Assembly: GCA_001304315.1 (NCBI GenBank)
Contig: LJUW01000006.1
Location: 2,135 to 66,134 of the forward strand
From: a candidate division Zixibacteria bacterium SM23_73_2
GTDB taxonomy: Bacteria > Zixibacteria > MSB-5A5 > SM23-73-2
DNA length: 64,000 nucleotides
Reading direction: 5' to 3'
This document shows positions 19,368 to 29,154 of the stretch, one piece after another (positions within the stretch are counted from its first letter, which is position 1; the number at the start of each line of letters is the position of its first letter). A program made the position numbers and the translations under genes. The notes beneath the pieces were generated by a model that was not told where the DNA came from, searched no databases, and saw nothing but the letters and a program-made list of their open reading frames with translations.

Positions 19368-20255
19368 CTGGAAAGCAAAGAGCCAAAAAGTTACGCAATT
19401 TTAATCGTCGCTGTTGTTTCGGTTAGCTGGGCATCGATATTCATCCGTCTTACCAATGCCCCTCCTCTGGCAACTGCTTTTTATCGGATGGGGCTGGCAA
19501 GTCTGTTTTTAATCCCCATATCGTTTTACCGATACTTTCCGGAGATAAAAAAGATAAAAGGAAAACTTTTGTTTTTCTCTTTTTTATCCGGGATATTTTT
19601 GGCGCTCCATTTCGTTTTTTGGATAACCTCCCTTTATTATACCACCATATCCAACTCGGTGGTTCTGGTCACCACCCAGCCCATATTCGTGGCTATTCTT
19701 TCTCATTTCATTCTCAAGGAGAAGGTGCGGGCTTTAGGTTTTTCCGGCATAATCCTGGCTTTGATTGGCGCTTTCATCATAAGTAGAGGGGATATGAGCG
19801 TCGGAAAGGAGAACTTCATCGGCGACATCTTAGCTCTTCTGGGCGCGGTTATGGCAGCTCTGTATCTTTTCTTTGGAAGGGTGGTCAGGCAGAAGCTCAA
19901 CTTGGTTCCATACATCTTCACCGTTTACACCATTGCTGCTTTAGCCATAGGAATCATAGCTTTGTTTTACAGAACTCCTTTTTATCCCTATCCCAGGATC
20001 ACTTTTCTCTGGTTTTTGCTTTTAGCTTTGATCCCCCAGCTTACCGGGCACACCCTTTATAACTGGGCATTGAAGCATCTGAAAGCTTATCTGGTGGGGA
20101 CCAGTATTCTGGGAGAGCCGATAGGGGCTACTATTTTAGCGTATATTATCTTCAAAGAGATTCCATTTGTCTCCACCTATGTTGGTGGGGGAATGATTCT
20201 TTTGGGGATATATCTTGTTTTTTATAGCGAGAAGGGCAGAAAAACGATTAAATAA
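19368..20255 (+). CDS. DMT/EamA family transporter (start probably CTG at 19368, not the ATG at 19488)
   Basis: About ten TM helices. The upstream in-frame sequence AVVSVSWASIFIRLTNAPPLATAFYRM is the typical first EamA helix pair. GGAGG lies at 19359-19363. Confidence 0.8.
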   Translation: MESKEPKSYAILIVAVVSVSWASIFIRLTNAPPLATAFYRMGLASLFLIPISFYRYFPEIKKIKGKLLFFSFLSGIFLALHFVFWITSLYYTTISNSVVLVTTQPIFVAILSHFILKEKVRALGFSGIILALIGAFIISRGDMSVGKENFIGDILALLGAVMAALYLFFGRVVRQKLNLVPYIFTVYTIAALAIGIIALFYRTPFYPYPRITFLWFLLLALIPQLTGHTLYNWALKHLKAYLVGTSILGEPIGATILAYIIFKEIPFVSTYVGGGMILLGIYLVFYSEKGRKTIK

Positions 20256-20358
20256 ACCAGCTATTTTCTCAGCTGATTTTTATGACTGAGAAAACACTTT
20301 TATACATTTATATCTCAATTTAAAAGGGTGCCCATTAACTTCAGGTGAAAATTCGCAT

Positions 20359-20391
20359 AAAAAATGCAGACGCCCAATCGTTGGGCGCCTG
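20359..20391 (-). terminator. Intrinsic terminator of the csp gene
   Basis: Minus strand caggcgcccaa-cga-ttgggcgtctg followed by T6. Confidence 0.75.
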
Positions 20392-20443
20392 AATCTCCTT
20401 CTTAAAGCTAAAGAACCTCCAAAACCTTCTCTATCTAGAAAAA

Positions 20444-20644
20444 CTACAATTTGGCAACGTTTATCGCCTGGGGACCTTTCTGACCCTGAGTTATCTCGAA
20501 GGTGACCTCGTCACCCTCTTTCAGGGTCTTAAAACCATCACCGGTTATAGCTGAGAAATGAACGAATACTTCCTTGCTCCCGTCATCGGGAATGATGAAT
20601 CCGTATCCTTTAGCCTCGTCGAACCATTTAATCTTACCTTGCAA
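20444..20644 (-). CDS. cspA: Cold-shock domain protein
   Basis: [15 protein letters not shown] (RNP1) and VFVHFSAI (RNP2); TTG start with aaggtggtga RBS. Confidence 0.92.
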   Translation of the reverse strand: MQGKIKWFDEAKGYGFIIPDDGSKEVFVHFSAITGDGFKTLKEGDEVTFEITQGQKGPQAINVAKL

Positions 20645-21213
20645 AAACTTTCACCACCTTTCTTTGAAAAAATTTAAAAGCCACGAAAGATGGAACTTAA
20701 GCTTTCATGGCTGAAAAACTCAAGTATATTGTATCCTTCTCACTACGAAAACTTGATGCAACTCTCTTTACTTCTCTTTATAATTTATCAATTTTATGGT
20801 TTTTGTCAAGCAAAATCGTTATAATATCGCTTCTGTATTTTATATCGGAATGAGGTGAAAAACTTCAACAAAAAAAAGAGACCATACGGCAAAAACGAGG
20901 ATAAGTCCACAGTTGAGAAAAGTAATCTATTAATTTTGGTATGGATTTGAAGGCAACTCTTTCAAAAATAACCAAGCCTGGTACAAATACATTTGCTTTT
21001 GTTTCGTAAAAACTCTTAAATCTTGTTTTCTCCCTTGAAGATAGGATTGCGTAGAAAAGGATTTAAACTATTGGGGAGTAGTTAAAAAAATGAGAATCTT
21101 ACCGAAGTGTAGAACTGAGGTATTATGAGGTATCATATGGAGAACAGGTAAGATAATGAAGCCTTTTAGGAATGAGGTTGACCTGGGAAAGTAAAAGATA
21201 GATGAATTTAGAC

Positions 21214-21241
21214 TTGACAAAAAGTTAAATTGAATTATATT
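21214..21241 (+). promoter_or_regulatory. Sigma-70-type promoter of the rplM operon
   Basis: TTGACA-N16-TATATT, about 30 bp before rplM. Confidence 0.7.
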
Positions 21242-21269
21242 CTTGTTTTAAATAAGTGGAAATAAGTTT

Positions 21270-21701
21270 ATGAAAACATATGTTCCCAAGATGTCCGAGG
21301 TAAAAAGGCAGTGGTATTTGGTCGATGCCCAGGATAAGATATTGGGTAGATTGGCAACCGAGATTGCAAAGATTTTACGGGGAAAAACAAAACCCGAATT
21401 CACTCCTCATCTTGATCTGGGTGATTACGTGGTGGTGATTAATGCGGGTAAGGTGATTTTGTTCTCTGACAAAAAGGAGAAACAAAAGACTTATTATCAT
21501 CATAGCGGATATCCCGGTGGTTTGAAAAAAATTGCTTTTGCCAAAATGAAAAAGGAGAAACCCGAACAGATTATCAGGGATGCTGTTTCCGGGATGTTGC
21601 CTCATAACAGACTGGGACGTAAGATCATCTCTAAGCTTTTCGTCTATATGGGAGGAGATCATCCTCATCAGGCACAAAAACCACAACCCTTGAATCTATA
21701 A
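21270..21701 (+). CDS. rplM: 50S ribosomal protein L13
   Basis: WYLVDAQDKILGRLAT, KPEFTPHLDLGD and HSGYPGGLK motifs. Confidence 0.98.
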   Translation: MKTYVPKMSEVKRQWYLVDAQDKILGRLATEIAKILRGKTKPEFTPHLDLGDYVVVINAGKVILFSDKKEKQKTYYHHSGYPGGLKKIAFAKMKKEKPEQIIRDAVSGMLPHNRLGRKIISKLFVYMGGDHPHQAQKPQPLNL

Positions 21702-21707
21702 AAGGAG

Positions 21708-22106
21708 TTGAACTTGGCAACCAAAGTATTCGAAGCAACCGGTAGAAGAAAAACTTCTGTGGCACGGGTGAGGATCCGGGTGGGAGCTGGCAAGAAAATA
21801 ATAAATGGTCGACCACTTGCCCAGTACCTGTGCCGCGATTCTCTGGTTAAGCTGGTGGAGAAACCACTTGAGATCACAGGATCACAGGGAAAGATAGATG
21901 TAATCTGCAAAGCCGAGGGAGGAGGACTTTCCAGTCAGGCTGATGCTGTAAGGTTAGGACTTTCCCGTGCCCTGGTTAAGATGGATGAGACTTACAAAAA
22001 GTCCTTGAAAAAAGAAGGACTTTTGACCAGGGATCCCAGGATGGTGGAAAGGAAAAAATATGGGCTGGTGAAAGCCCGGAAGAGATTTCAATATTCCAAG
22101 AGATGA
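21708..22106 (+). CDS. rpsI: 30S ribosomal protein S9
   Basis: TGRRKTSVARV ... LTRDPRMVERKKYG ... QYSKR. Confidence 0.98.
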   Translation: MNLATKVFEATGRRKTSVARVRIRVGAGKKIINGRPLAQYLCRDSLVKLVEKPLEITGSQGKIDVICKAEGGGLSSQADAVRLGLSRALVKMDETYKKSLKKEGLLTRDPRMVERKKYGLVKARKRFQYSKR

Positions 22107-22148
22107 TCTGTTTTTTTTAATTAAAAGAAAGGCTTGTGTAGAAATTCA

Positions 22149-22862
22149 ATGAACGTTAACATTAAAGACCTTTTGGAAGCCGGGGTTCACTTCGGACATC
22201 AGACTAAAAGATGGAACCCCAAGATGAAAAAATTCATCTTCACCGCGCGCAACGGAATATATATTATCGATCTCCAGAAGACATTGAGCTGCCTCCAAAG
22301 AGCCTGCGATAAGGCAAGAGAAGTGGTGGGCAATCAGAAAAAAGAGGTGATCTTCGTTGGAACTAAAAAGCAGGCTAAGGAGGCTGTTCTGGAGGAGGCT
22401 AAAAGGTGCGAGATGCCTTACGTGACCGAGAGATGGCTGGGTGGAATGTTAACCAACTTCTCAACTATCCGACAGAATATCAAAAGACTTAAGGAGCTGG
22501 AGGAGAAAAAGGAGGATGGCACCTACGAGAAATTAACCAAAAAAGAGGTGTTAAGGCTGGAACGGGAAAGGGGAAAGCTGGAGAAAATCCTGGGAGGGAT
22601 TAAGGATTTAAACCGCCTTCCAGGACTTCTGTTCGTGGTGGATTCCAAAAAGGAAAAGATTGCTGTGGCCGAGGCGAACAAGCTTCAGATACCGGTTGTG
22701 GCTGTAATAGACACAAATTCGGATCCCGACCCGATCGATTTTCCCATAGCTGCCAACGATGACGCCATTAAGTCAATCAAGATCATAACCAGGGAGATAG
22801 CCAATGCGGTTATGGAAGCGAAGAAAAAGATTGGTGAGGAGGTGGAAACCCAGGCTCTTTAA
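22149..22862 (+). CDS. rpsB: 30S ribosomal protein S2
   Basis: [19 protein letters not shown] and NDDAIKSI motifs; ATG at 22149 preferred to TTG at 22134. Confidence 0.97.
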   Translation: MNVNIKDLLEAGVHFGHQTKRWNPKMKKFIFTARNGIYIIDLQKTLSCLQRACDKAREVVGNQKKEVIFVGTKKQAKEAVLEEAKRCEMPYVTERWLGGMLTNFSTIRQNIKRLKELEEKKEDGTYEKLTKKEVLRLERERGKLEKILGGIKDLNRLPGLLFVVDSKKEKIAVAEANKLQIPVVAVIDTNSDPDPIDFPIAANDDAIKSIKIITREIANAVMEAKKKIGEEVETQAL

Positions 22863-22867
22863 ATGAT

Positions 22868-23464
22868 ATGACTGAAATCGACGCTAAATTGGTCAAGGAG
22901 TTAAGGGAGAAAACCGGGGCAGGGATTATGGATTGCAAGAAGGCGCTGGAGAAATCGGAGGGAGAAATAGATAAAGCTGTGGATCATCTACGCGAGCAAG
23001 GGATGGCCAGAGCTGCAAAAAAAGCCACCCGGGTAACCAAAGAGGGAACGATCTATTCCTATATTCACCCCGGGGATAAATTGGGAGTTCTGGTAGAGAT
23101 CAACTGCGAGACGGACTTCGTTGCTAAAACTGAGGATTTCAAGAATCTGGTCAAGGATATTGCCATGCAAATAGCTGCCACCAATCCTCTGGTGGTAAAT
23201 CGGGATGAGCTCAGGGAAGAGATTGTCCAAAAGGAGAAGGACATATACAAAGCTCAGGCGAAATCTGAAAACAAACCGGATAAGATCATCGATAGAATAA
23301 TTCAAGGAAAGCTGGAGAAGTATTTTCAGGAAGTGTGCCTTTTGGAGCAGCCGTTCATCAAGGATGAGGATTGCACGGTACAGGAAAGAATCAGCGAGGT
23401 TATCGCCAAATTAGGTGAAAACATCGCGGTCAAAAGATTTGCGCGATTCAGATTAGGCGAATAA
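22868..23464 (+). CDS. tsf: Elongation factor Ts (short form)
   Basis: VKELREKTGAGIMDCKKAL and EINCETDFVAK motifs. Confidence 0.97.
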   Translation: MTEIDAKLVKELREKTGAGIMDCKKALEKSEGEIDKAVDHLREQGMARAAKKATRVTKEGTIYSYIHPGDKLGVLVEINCETDFVAKTEDFKNLVKDIAMQIAATNPLVVNRDELREEIVQKEKDIYKAQAKSENKPDKIIDRIIQGKLEKYFQEVCLLEQPFIKDEDCTVQERISEVIAKLGENIAVKRFARFRLGE

Positions 23465-23529
23465 AGATCTCCTGTTTCGAATGCCTTTTACTCTGACCCC
23501 TTAATTCTGTTTCAGTTAATCTGAATTAG

Positions 23530-24243
23530 ATGAAAAGACCCAAATATAAACGTGTTCTTCTGAAGGTATCGGGGGAGACTTTTGTGGGTGATGAAAAGTT
23601 CTGTTTTGATTTTGAAGCCCTTAGGAGATTTGCCACCCAGATAAAAGAGGTAAAGGATCTGGGGGTGGATATTGGGGTCATGATGGGGGGGGGCAATATA
23701 TTCAGGGGTAAAGCAGCTGAAGCTTTCGGAATGGAGAGGGTCTGTGCAGATTATATCGGAATGCTGGCCACGGTAATAAACGCTTTGATCCTGCAGGAGG
23801 TTTTAGAAAAAATGAATGTACCCACTTCGGTTTTAACTGCAATTCGGATAGAGAACATGGCTGAGCTGTATGTAAAGAGAAAAGCGATCGATCATCTTAA
23901 AAAAGGCAGGATACTTTTACTTGCCGGGGGCACGGGAAACCCTTATTTTACCACCGATACCGCTGCATGCCTTCGGGCTCTGGAGATAGGGGCGGAGGTC
24001 GTAATCAAGGGTACCAAGGTGGACGGGATTTTTTCCGCTGATCCCGTTGCCTATCCGCAGGCCGAAAAGTTCGATTCTTTAAGCTATCTGGAGGTGCTGG
24101 ATAAAAAGCTTGGGGTTATGGACGCTACCGCGGTTACTTTATGTATGGATAACAAGCTGCCCATCGTGGTTTTCAACCTTCAGCAGGAGGGCAATCTTAA
24201 AAGAATAATCTTAGGAGAAGCTCTGGGGACGATCGTAGAATGA
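23530..24243 (+). CDS. pyrH: UMP kinase
   Basis: RVLLKVSGE, GGGNIFRG and GTGNPYFTTDTAA motifs. Confidence 0.97.
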   Translation: MKRPKYKRVLLKVSGETFVGDEKFCFDFEALRRFATQIKEVKDLGVDIGVMMGGGNIFRGKAAEAFGMERVCADYIGMLATVINALILQEVLEKMNVPTSVLTAIRIENMAELYVKRKAIDHLKKGRILLLAGGTGNPYFTTDTAACLRALEIGAEVVIKGTKVDGIFSADPVAYPQAEKFDSLSYLEVLDKKLGVMDATAVTLCMDNKLPIVVFNLQQEGNLKRIILGEALGTIVE

Positions 24244-24449
24244 ACGAATTCCTTTGTTTTAATTTTAAAAGATATTCTAAATATATGTGTTTTTTAAGTA
24301 TTACCAGATATCAGAGATGAGTTTTCTCATACCAAGATAAAGTGATTTTTACAGGTTGAGAGGATGATGATGGCAATTCAGCTTTGAGTTTTTAATCATA
24401 GAGAACTCAGTCGAGACAGTTACTCGGCTGTATGGAGAAAGGGGAAATT

Positions 24450-25010
24450 ATGGAGGTAAAAAAAGTTCATTCTGACACTGAGGAAAGAATGAAAAAGGCG
24501 ATCGATGCTATTTCGCGTGAACTATCCACGATAAGGACGGGAAGAGCAACCACTGCCCTACTCGAGGGAATAAAGGTGGATTATTACGGGACCATAACTC
24601 CGATCAATCAGGTAGCCAGCGTAACCATTCCCGATCCCAGACTTCTGGTGATTCAGCCCTGGGAGAAAAAAATGATTACCGAGGTTGCCAAGGCAATTCA
24701 GAGGGCGGATTTGGGTCTGAATCCTATAACCGACGCAAACGTGGTCAGGCTTCCCATACCACCCTTAACCGAGGAACGGCGTAAGGAATTGGTAAAGATA
24801 GTTAAAAAAATAACCGAGGAGGGGAAAATTGCAGTGAGGAATATAAGGAGAGATGCTAACGACAGACTTAAACAGGCGGAGAAGGACAAGGAGATCTCCG
24901 AGGACGATTCCCGAAAAGCTCAGGAGAAGGTCCAGGAACTTACCGATAAATTCATCGAGCAGGTCGAGGAGCTTTTCAATAAAAAGGAACAGGAGGTAAT
25001 GGAGGTCTAA
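24450..25010 (+). CDS. frr: Ribosome recycling factor
   Basis: IRTGRAT, LLVIQPWE, IPPLTEERRKELVK and VRNIRRDAND motifs; ATG at 24450 follows an aagggg RBS. Confidence 0.97.
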   Translation: MEVKKVHSDTEERMKKAIDAISRELSTIRTGRATTALLEGIKVDYYGTITPINQVASVTIPDPRLLVIQPWEKKMITEVAKAIQRADLGLNPITDANVVRLPIPPLTEERRKELVKIVKKITEEGKIAVRNIRRDANDRLKQAEKDKEISEDDSRKAQEKVQELTDKFIEQVEELFNKKEQEVMEV

Positions 25011-25089
25011 TCGAAAATACAAGCTTAATTTCGGAGAAAAATAACAAATAAACCTAACCTATTTTTATTTAAAAACAAGGAGGAAGGTT

Positions 25090-25941
25090 GTGAAAAAAGC
25101 TAAATTCACTCTTTTTTTTCTCTCTTTGGGATTGATGTTTGCTTTTTATGGAAATGTTTACCCTCAATCAGAATCTATCCCGACTACCCAAAAGGGCTTT
25201 CTGGAGCAATCGAAATTGGATGTGGCTTTTGGAATAGGAAGTTTTTCCAATAAGGTTTTTCAGGGACAGACAAACAACGTTCCCCAGATGGATATGCAGA
25301 GCGTTTTCAGGTATGAGCCAAAGATTTTTGAAGCTTACCTCAAATTAAAATTCGGTCTTTATAAATTGGGTCCTGCCAAAACCGATGGGCAATACTGGGA
25401 TGAACACTCGAATTTCTTGAAGCTGGGTCCGGGAATCAGCAAAAAAATCCATTTTTCAAAGGATATGATTTTCAGGCCTTTTGTCGAGGGCAATTACTCT
25501 CTTCTGGCCGGGGCAAAAAAGGACCGGGATGAAAGCAATGTCATCTCGGACGTCTTCGACACAAGTTACAGCGATTTTGCACCGGAGTTTGGATTCACCC
25601 TATTTCTTTCCAGAGCTGTCGATCTGAGCTATTCTTACCGGGCAGGAGATGAACCTTTTCATTACGTGAGTTTTCGCCATTCCCCTCTTTTCAGAGATGG
25701 TCTCACTCCCAAGGTCTACTATGAGTTTTACACCGGGGACAAGCACAAAGCCTTTTATGCTGGAGTTTGGTGGCCGGTGCCTCTCAAAGGAGGTGCCAGA
25801 GATTACAATTTAAAAAAAGACAGATTGGTTAAACAGAATTTCTGGAGCAAATCATCTTTTCATTTATACATGGGAGAGATCGTAGTTTTCACGGTTGGCT
25901 CTTTCGTTTTTCTGGCTCTGATGGGAGCAAGCTGGGCTTAA
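25090..25941 (+). CDS. Hypothetical exported protein, possible beta-barrel, with C-terminal hydrophobic helix
   Basis: Strong RBS aaggaggaagg plus GTG; signal peptide; alternating hydrophobic/aromatic strands. Confidence 0.6.
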   Translation: MKKAKFTLFFLSLGLMFAFYGNVYPQSESIPTTQKGFLEQSKLDVAFGIGSFSNKVFQGQTNNVPQMDMQSVFRYEPKIFEAYLKLKFGLYKLGPAKTDGQYWDEHSNFLKLGPGISKKIHFSKDMIFRPFVEGNYSLLAGAKKDRDESNVISDVFDTSYSDFAPEFGFTLFLSRAVDLSYSYRAGDEPFHYVSFRHSPLFRDGLTPKVYYEFYTGDKHKAFYAGVWWPVPLKGGARDYNLKKDRLVKQNFWSKSSFHLYMGEIVVFTVGSFVFLALMGASWA

Positions 25942-25959
25942 GATCTAAAGGTACCAAAA

Positions 25960-26706
25960 TTGGAAAAGGAAGTTGAAAGATTAAAGAAAAGGATTAAAAA
26001 AAATAAAAATCTACCCCAGCACATTGCCATTATAATGGATGGCAATGGAAGATGGGCGAAAAAAAGGGGCTTGCCCAGGATCTCAGGACACCGAGCCGGA
26101 GTGAAAACGGTCAAAAGGATCGTTCGAGTAGCCGGTGAGCTGGACATTAAATTTTTAACCCTATTCACCTTTTCCACCGAGAACTGGAGAAGACCCAAAA
26201 AGGAAGTTTCTGCGATAATGGAACTTCTGTATGAAACCACCAAAAAGGAGATCGATGAACTCTGCCGGAACAATGTGAAGCTCATTACCACCGGAAGAAT
26301 AGATGAACTCTCCCCCAGGAGAAGACAAATCCTCCAACTGGCAAAAGACAAAACTAAGGATAATACCGGATTAATCCTGAACCTGGCACTGAACTACAGC
26401 GGGAGAATAGAGATATTGGATGCGGTGAAGAAGATGATTGAGGATGTCGATGCTGGCCAGATCGATCCTGAAAAGATCGACCAGAAGCTTTTCTCCAGAT
26501 ACCTCTATACCAAAGACCTTCCTGATCCAGATCTTCTTATAAGAACTTCCGGGGAGCTCAGGCTTTCCAATTTCCTCTTATGGCAGACCTCCTATACTGA
26601 ATTGTATATCACTGAGGTTCTGTGGCCCGATTTCTCCACTTTCGACTTTTACCAGGCGATTCTGGATTACCAGAAAAGGGATAGAAGATTCGGGAGAATA
26701 AGATAA
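25960..26706 (+). CDS. uppS: Undecaprenyl diphosphate synthase (cis-prenyltransferase)
   Basis: HIAIIMDGNGRWAK, FSTENWRRP and DLLIRTSGELRLSNFLLWQ motifs. Confidence 0.97.
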   Translation: MEKEVERLKKRIKKNKNLPQHIAIIMDGNGRWAKKRGLPRISGHRAGVKTVKRIVRVAGELDIKFLTLFTFSTENWRRPKKEVSAIMELLYETTKKEIDELCRNNVKLITTGRIDELSPRRRQILQLAKDKTKDNTGLILNLALNYSGRIEILDAVKKMIEDVDAGQIDPEKIDQKLFSRYLYTKDLPDPDLLIRTSGELRLSNFLLWQTSYTELYITEVLWPDFSTFDFYQAILDYQKRDRRFGRIR

Positions 26707-26716
26707 GTTTTTCTAA

Positions 26717-27544
26717 ATGACTAATCTTTTAACCAGAGTATTGGTTGCTGTTATTTTCGTTCCCTTACTTTTGGGACTCTCCTTTTTAGGAGAGTTTTAC
26801 TTTTTCATATTCATTCAGGTTTTAATTGCCCTGGGGCTTTTAGAATTTTCGAATATGGCCAAAAAAATGGGAGCTGAAATCCCTGATGTCCTTTTTCTTG
26901 GAACGGGGCTTATAATTGGAGTGGTTTGTTTTTTTTGGGGTGATAAATACGTTCTTGGTCTTTTGTTCTTGTCATTCCTTATGGTATGTATCTACCAGTT
27001 TTTCAAGGAGGGGGTGGAGAAGGTCGGGAAAAACGTTGCTTTTTTTATCTGCGGTACAGTTTACGTTCCAATTTTTTTCTCCTTTTTACTTTTGATCCGC
27101 CAGCTTCCCTTATCTTTGGGCATAGATTATAAAATCGGAGGATTCTGGGTTATATTCATTTTGATCTGCGTATGGCTTTGCGATACCCTGGCTTATTTTG
27201 TAGGACTCTCTTTTGGTAAGCACAAGCTTTTGCCCAGGGTCAGCCCCAAGAAATCCCTGGAAGGGGCATTTGGAGGTATGTTGGGGGCTGTTTTGGGCGG
27301 GGTTTTATCCTTTTATTTGATTTTGAATTTCGTTCCTTTTTTTCATCTTCTTATAATGTCTTTGATAATCGCGGTTTTCGGTCAGATAGGCGATCTGGTT
27401 GAATCGAGCTTCAAAAGGGGAGCGAAAATCAAGGAATCCTCTTTTATCCTCCCCGGACACGGAGGTATCCTGGACAGATTCGATAGTCTACTTTTCGTTT
27501 CACCCTTGGTTTATTATTACCTTAAGTTAATAGTCTACAATTGA
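26717..27544 (+). CDS. cdsA: Phosphatidate cytidylyltransferase
   Basis: CDTLAYFVG, SPKKSLEG, GDLVESSFKR and PGHGGILDRFDS motifs. Confidence 0.95.
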   Translation: MTNLLTRVLVAVIFVPLLLGLSFLGEFYFFIFIQVLIALGLLEFSNMAKKMGAEIPDVLFLGTGLIIGVVCFFWGDKYVLGLLFLSFLMVCIYQFFKEGVEKVGKNVAFFICGTVYVPIFFSFLLLIRQLPLSLGIDYKIGGFWVIFILICVWLCDTLAYFVGLSFGKHKLLPRVSPKKSLEGAFGGMLGAVLGGVLSFYLILNFVPFFHLLIMSLIIAVFGQIGDLVESSFKRGAKIKESSFILPGHGGILDRFDSLLFVSPLVYYYLKLIVYN

Positions 27545-28452
27545 TGTCAGGATTGAGATATCTGGATTATTTTTTCATCACTCGACCGGTTCTCATGCCT
27601 CCGGTGTGGACTATTTTGCTTTTGGGATATCAAAGGTCATTTTTTTATTCGGGACAAAAAGAAAATGTAGTTTGGATTTTCGTTTTGATCTTTTTTTTGG
27701 TGGGGAGTATATACATACTAAACCAGATTTTTGATAAAAAATCGGACCTTTTAAATAAAAAGCTTTTCTTCCTTTCGCAGGGATTGGTTAAAGACACGCA
27801 TGCCTGGCTTGAAGCGATCTTGCTTTTCGCTTTATCTTTTATTGGGGCTTTTATTATTTCAATTAACTTAGGATTTTTATTTGTTTTGGGATTTATTTTA
27901 GGCTATCTTTATTCCTGTCCACCTTTTTTCTTCAAGAACAGACCCCTTTGGGGATTTTTGTCAAATACGTTAGGGCACGGGTCATTGGTGTTTCTTATAG
28001 GATGGCAGGTGAATTCAAACGTAGGGCTTGACCCTTTACTTTTTTCAATACCATATTTTTTAGCGGTGGGCGCAGTTTACTTAAATACTACCCTGCCTGA
28101 CATCCAGGGCGATAGGGAAGCGAAAAAGATCACTCTGGGAGTGAAATTGGGAGTGGGAAGGGCAGCTTTTGTCTCAGCTTTTTTTGTCTTTTTCTCTTTA
28201 TTATTGGCTTTATGGTTAAAGGATTATCACTTCTTTTTTCCCGCGCTTCTGTCATTCCCTTTTTTCGTTAGAGCAGCCTTGACAAAAAGAAAAAAAGATA
28301 TTATCCTTTCGGTTAAACTGGCGGTTTTGTTTTTGTCCATTGTAGCTGGGAGTTATCATCTGTGGTATTTTTTGGTTTTGATAATTGGATTTTTGGGAAC
28401 AAGGTTTTATTACAGAAAAAGATTTGGCATGACATATCCGAGTTTAACTTAG
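27544..28452 (+). CDS. UbiA-superfamily prenyltransferase
   Basis: Multiple TM helices; Asp-rich motifs LNQIFDKKSD and LPDIQGD; overlaps the cdsA stop. Confidence 0.85.
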   Translation: MSGLRYLDYFFITRPVLMPPVWTILLLGYQRSFFYSGQKENVVWIFVLIFFLVGSIYILNQIFDKKSDLLNKKLFFLSQGLVKDTHAWLEAILLFALSFIGAFIISINLGFLFVLGFILGYLYSCPPFFFKNRPLWGFLSNTLGHGSLVFLIGWQVNSNVGLDPLLFSIPYFLAVGAVYLNTTLPDIQGDREAKKITLGVKLGVGRAAFVSAFFVFFSLLLALWLKDYHFFFPALLSFPFFVRAALTKRKKDIILSVKLAVLFLSIVAGSYHLWYFLVLIIGFLGTRFYYRKRFGMTYPSLT

Positions 28453-28465
28453 AGAGGGGAGTTAA

Positions 28466-28948
28466 ATGAAAAGAATTATATGCGTTTTTATCTTTTTGAC
28501 AATTTTTTTAGGGTGCGCTGCTCATCCCCGGTACACTATCAAAACCGAAAGCGATTATCCCACTAACCCGAGTAAGATCGACAGGGACAAGATGGGAAGG
28601 GTAATAAAATCCTATCTCGGAGTTCCTTACAAGCCAAACGGGATGTCTCATCTGGGGGTTGATTGTTCCGGATTGGTGGTTGAGATCTACAGGAGATATA
28701 ATGGGACCAAACTTCCTCACGACACTGAGAAGCTATTTAAACTGGCAAAGAAGATAAAAAGACCCCATATAGCTTATGGGGATTTAATCTTTTTTACCAT
28801 AGATTTTAAAAAGATATCTCACGTGGGGATATATCTGGATAACGGGGATTTCGTCCATTCCTCCGAATCTCAAGGGGTGGTTATATCCTCTCTGAAGGAG
28901 CCTTATTATAATAGAAGGTATATGGGGGGAAGGAGGGTGATTCCGTAA
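28466..28948 (+). CDS. NlpC/P60 (C40) peptidase lipoprotein
   Basis: Lipobox FLGC; catalytic DCSG, HVGIY and FVHSS motifs. Confidence 0.9.
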   Translation: MKRIICVFIFLTIFLGCAAHPRYTIKTESDYPTNPSKIDRDKMGRVIKSYLGVPYKPNGMSHLGVDCSGLVVEIYRRYNGTKLPHDTEKLFKLAKKIKRPHIAYGDLIFFTIDFKKISHVGIYLDNGDFVHSSESQGVVISSLKEPYYNRRYMGGRRVIP

Positions 28949-29154
28949 ATTGACTTTGGAGTGTTCCTGGTATAATTTCTTTTTAACTGCTTGAACAGAT
29001 TTAAAAATCTTTTCCTGTATATTTTTTTAATATCGTTTGAGTTCGCCCCTGATGTTTAAATATTTGAATTTGTACTTGACGCTCAGGAATAATTATATAT
29101 ATTTTAGGTAGAGGCTAAAAATAGTTCGTTGTTTTCTGATTTTCAACTTAGGAT

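Noticed and set aside
20720-21200. Long intergenic region between csp and rplM as a possible ncRNA locus
   Set aside because: No recognisable RNA family, strong hairpin or credible ORF was seen; divergent promoters explain part of it.
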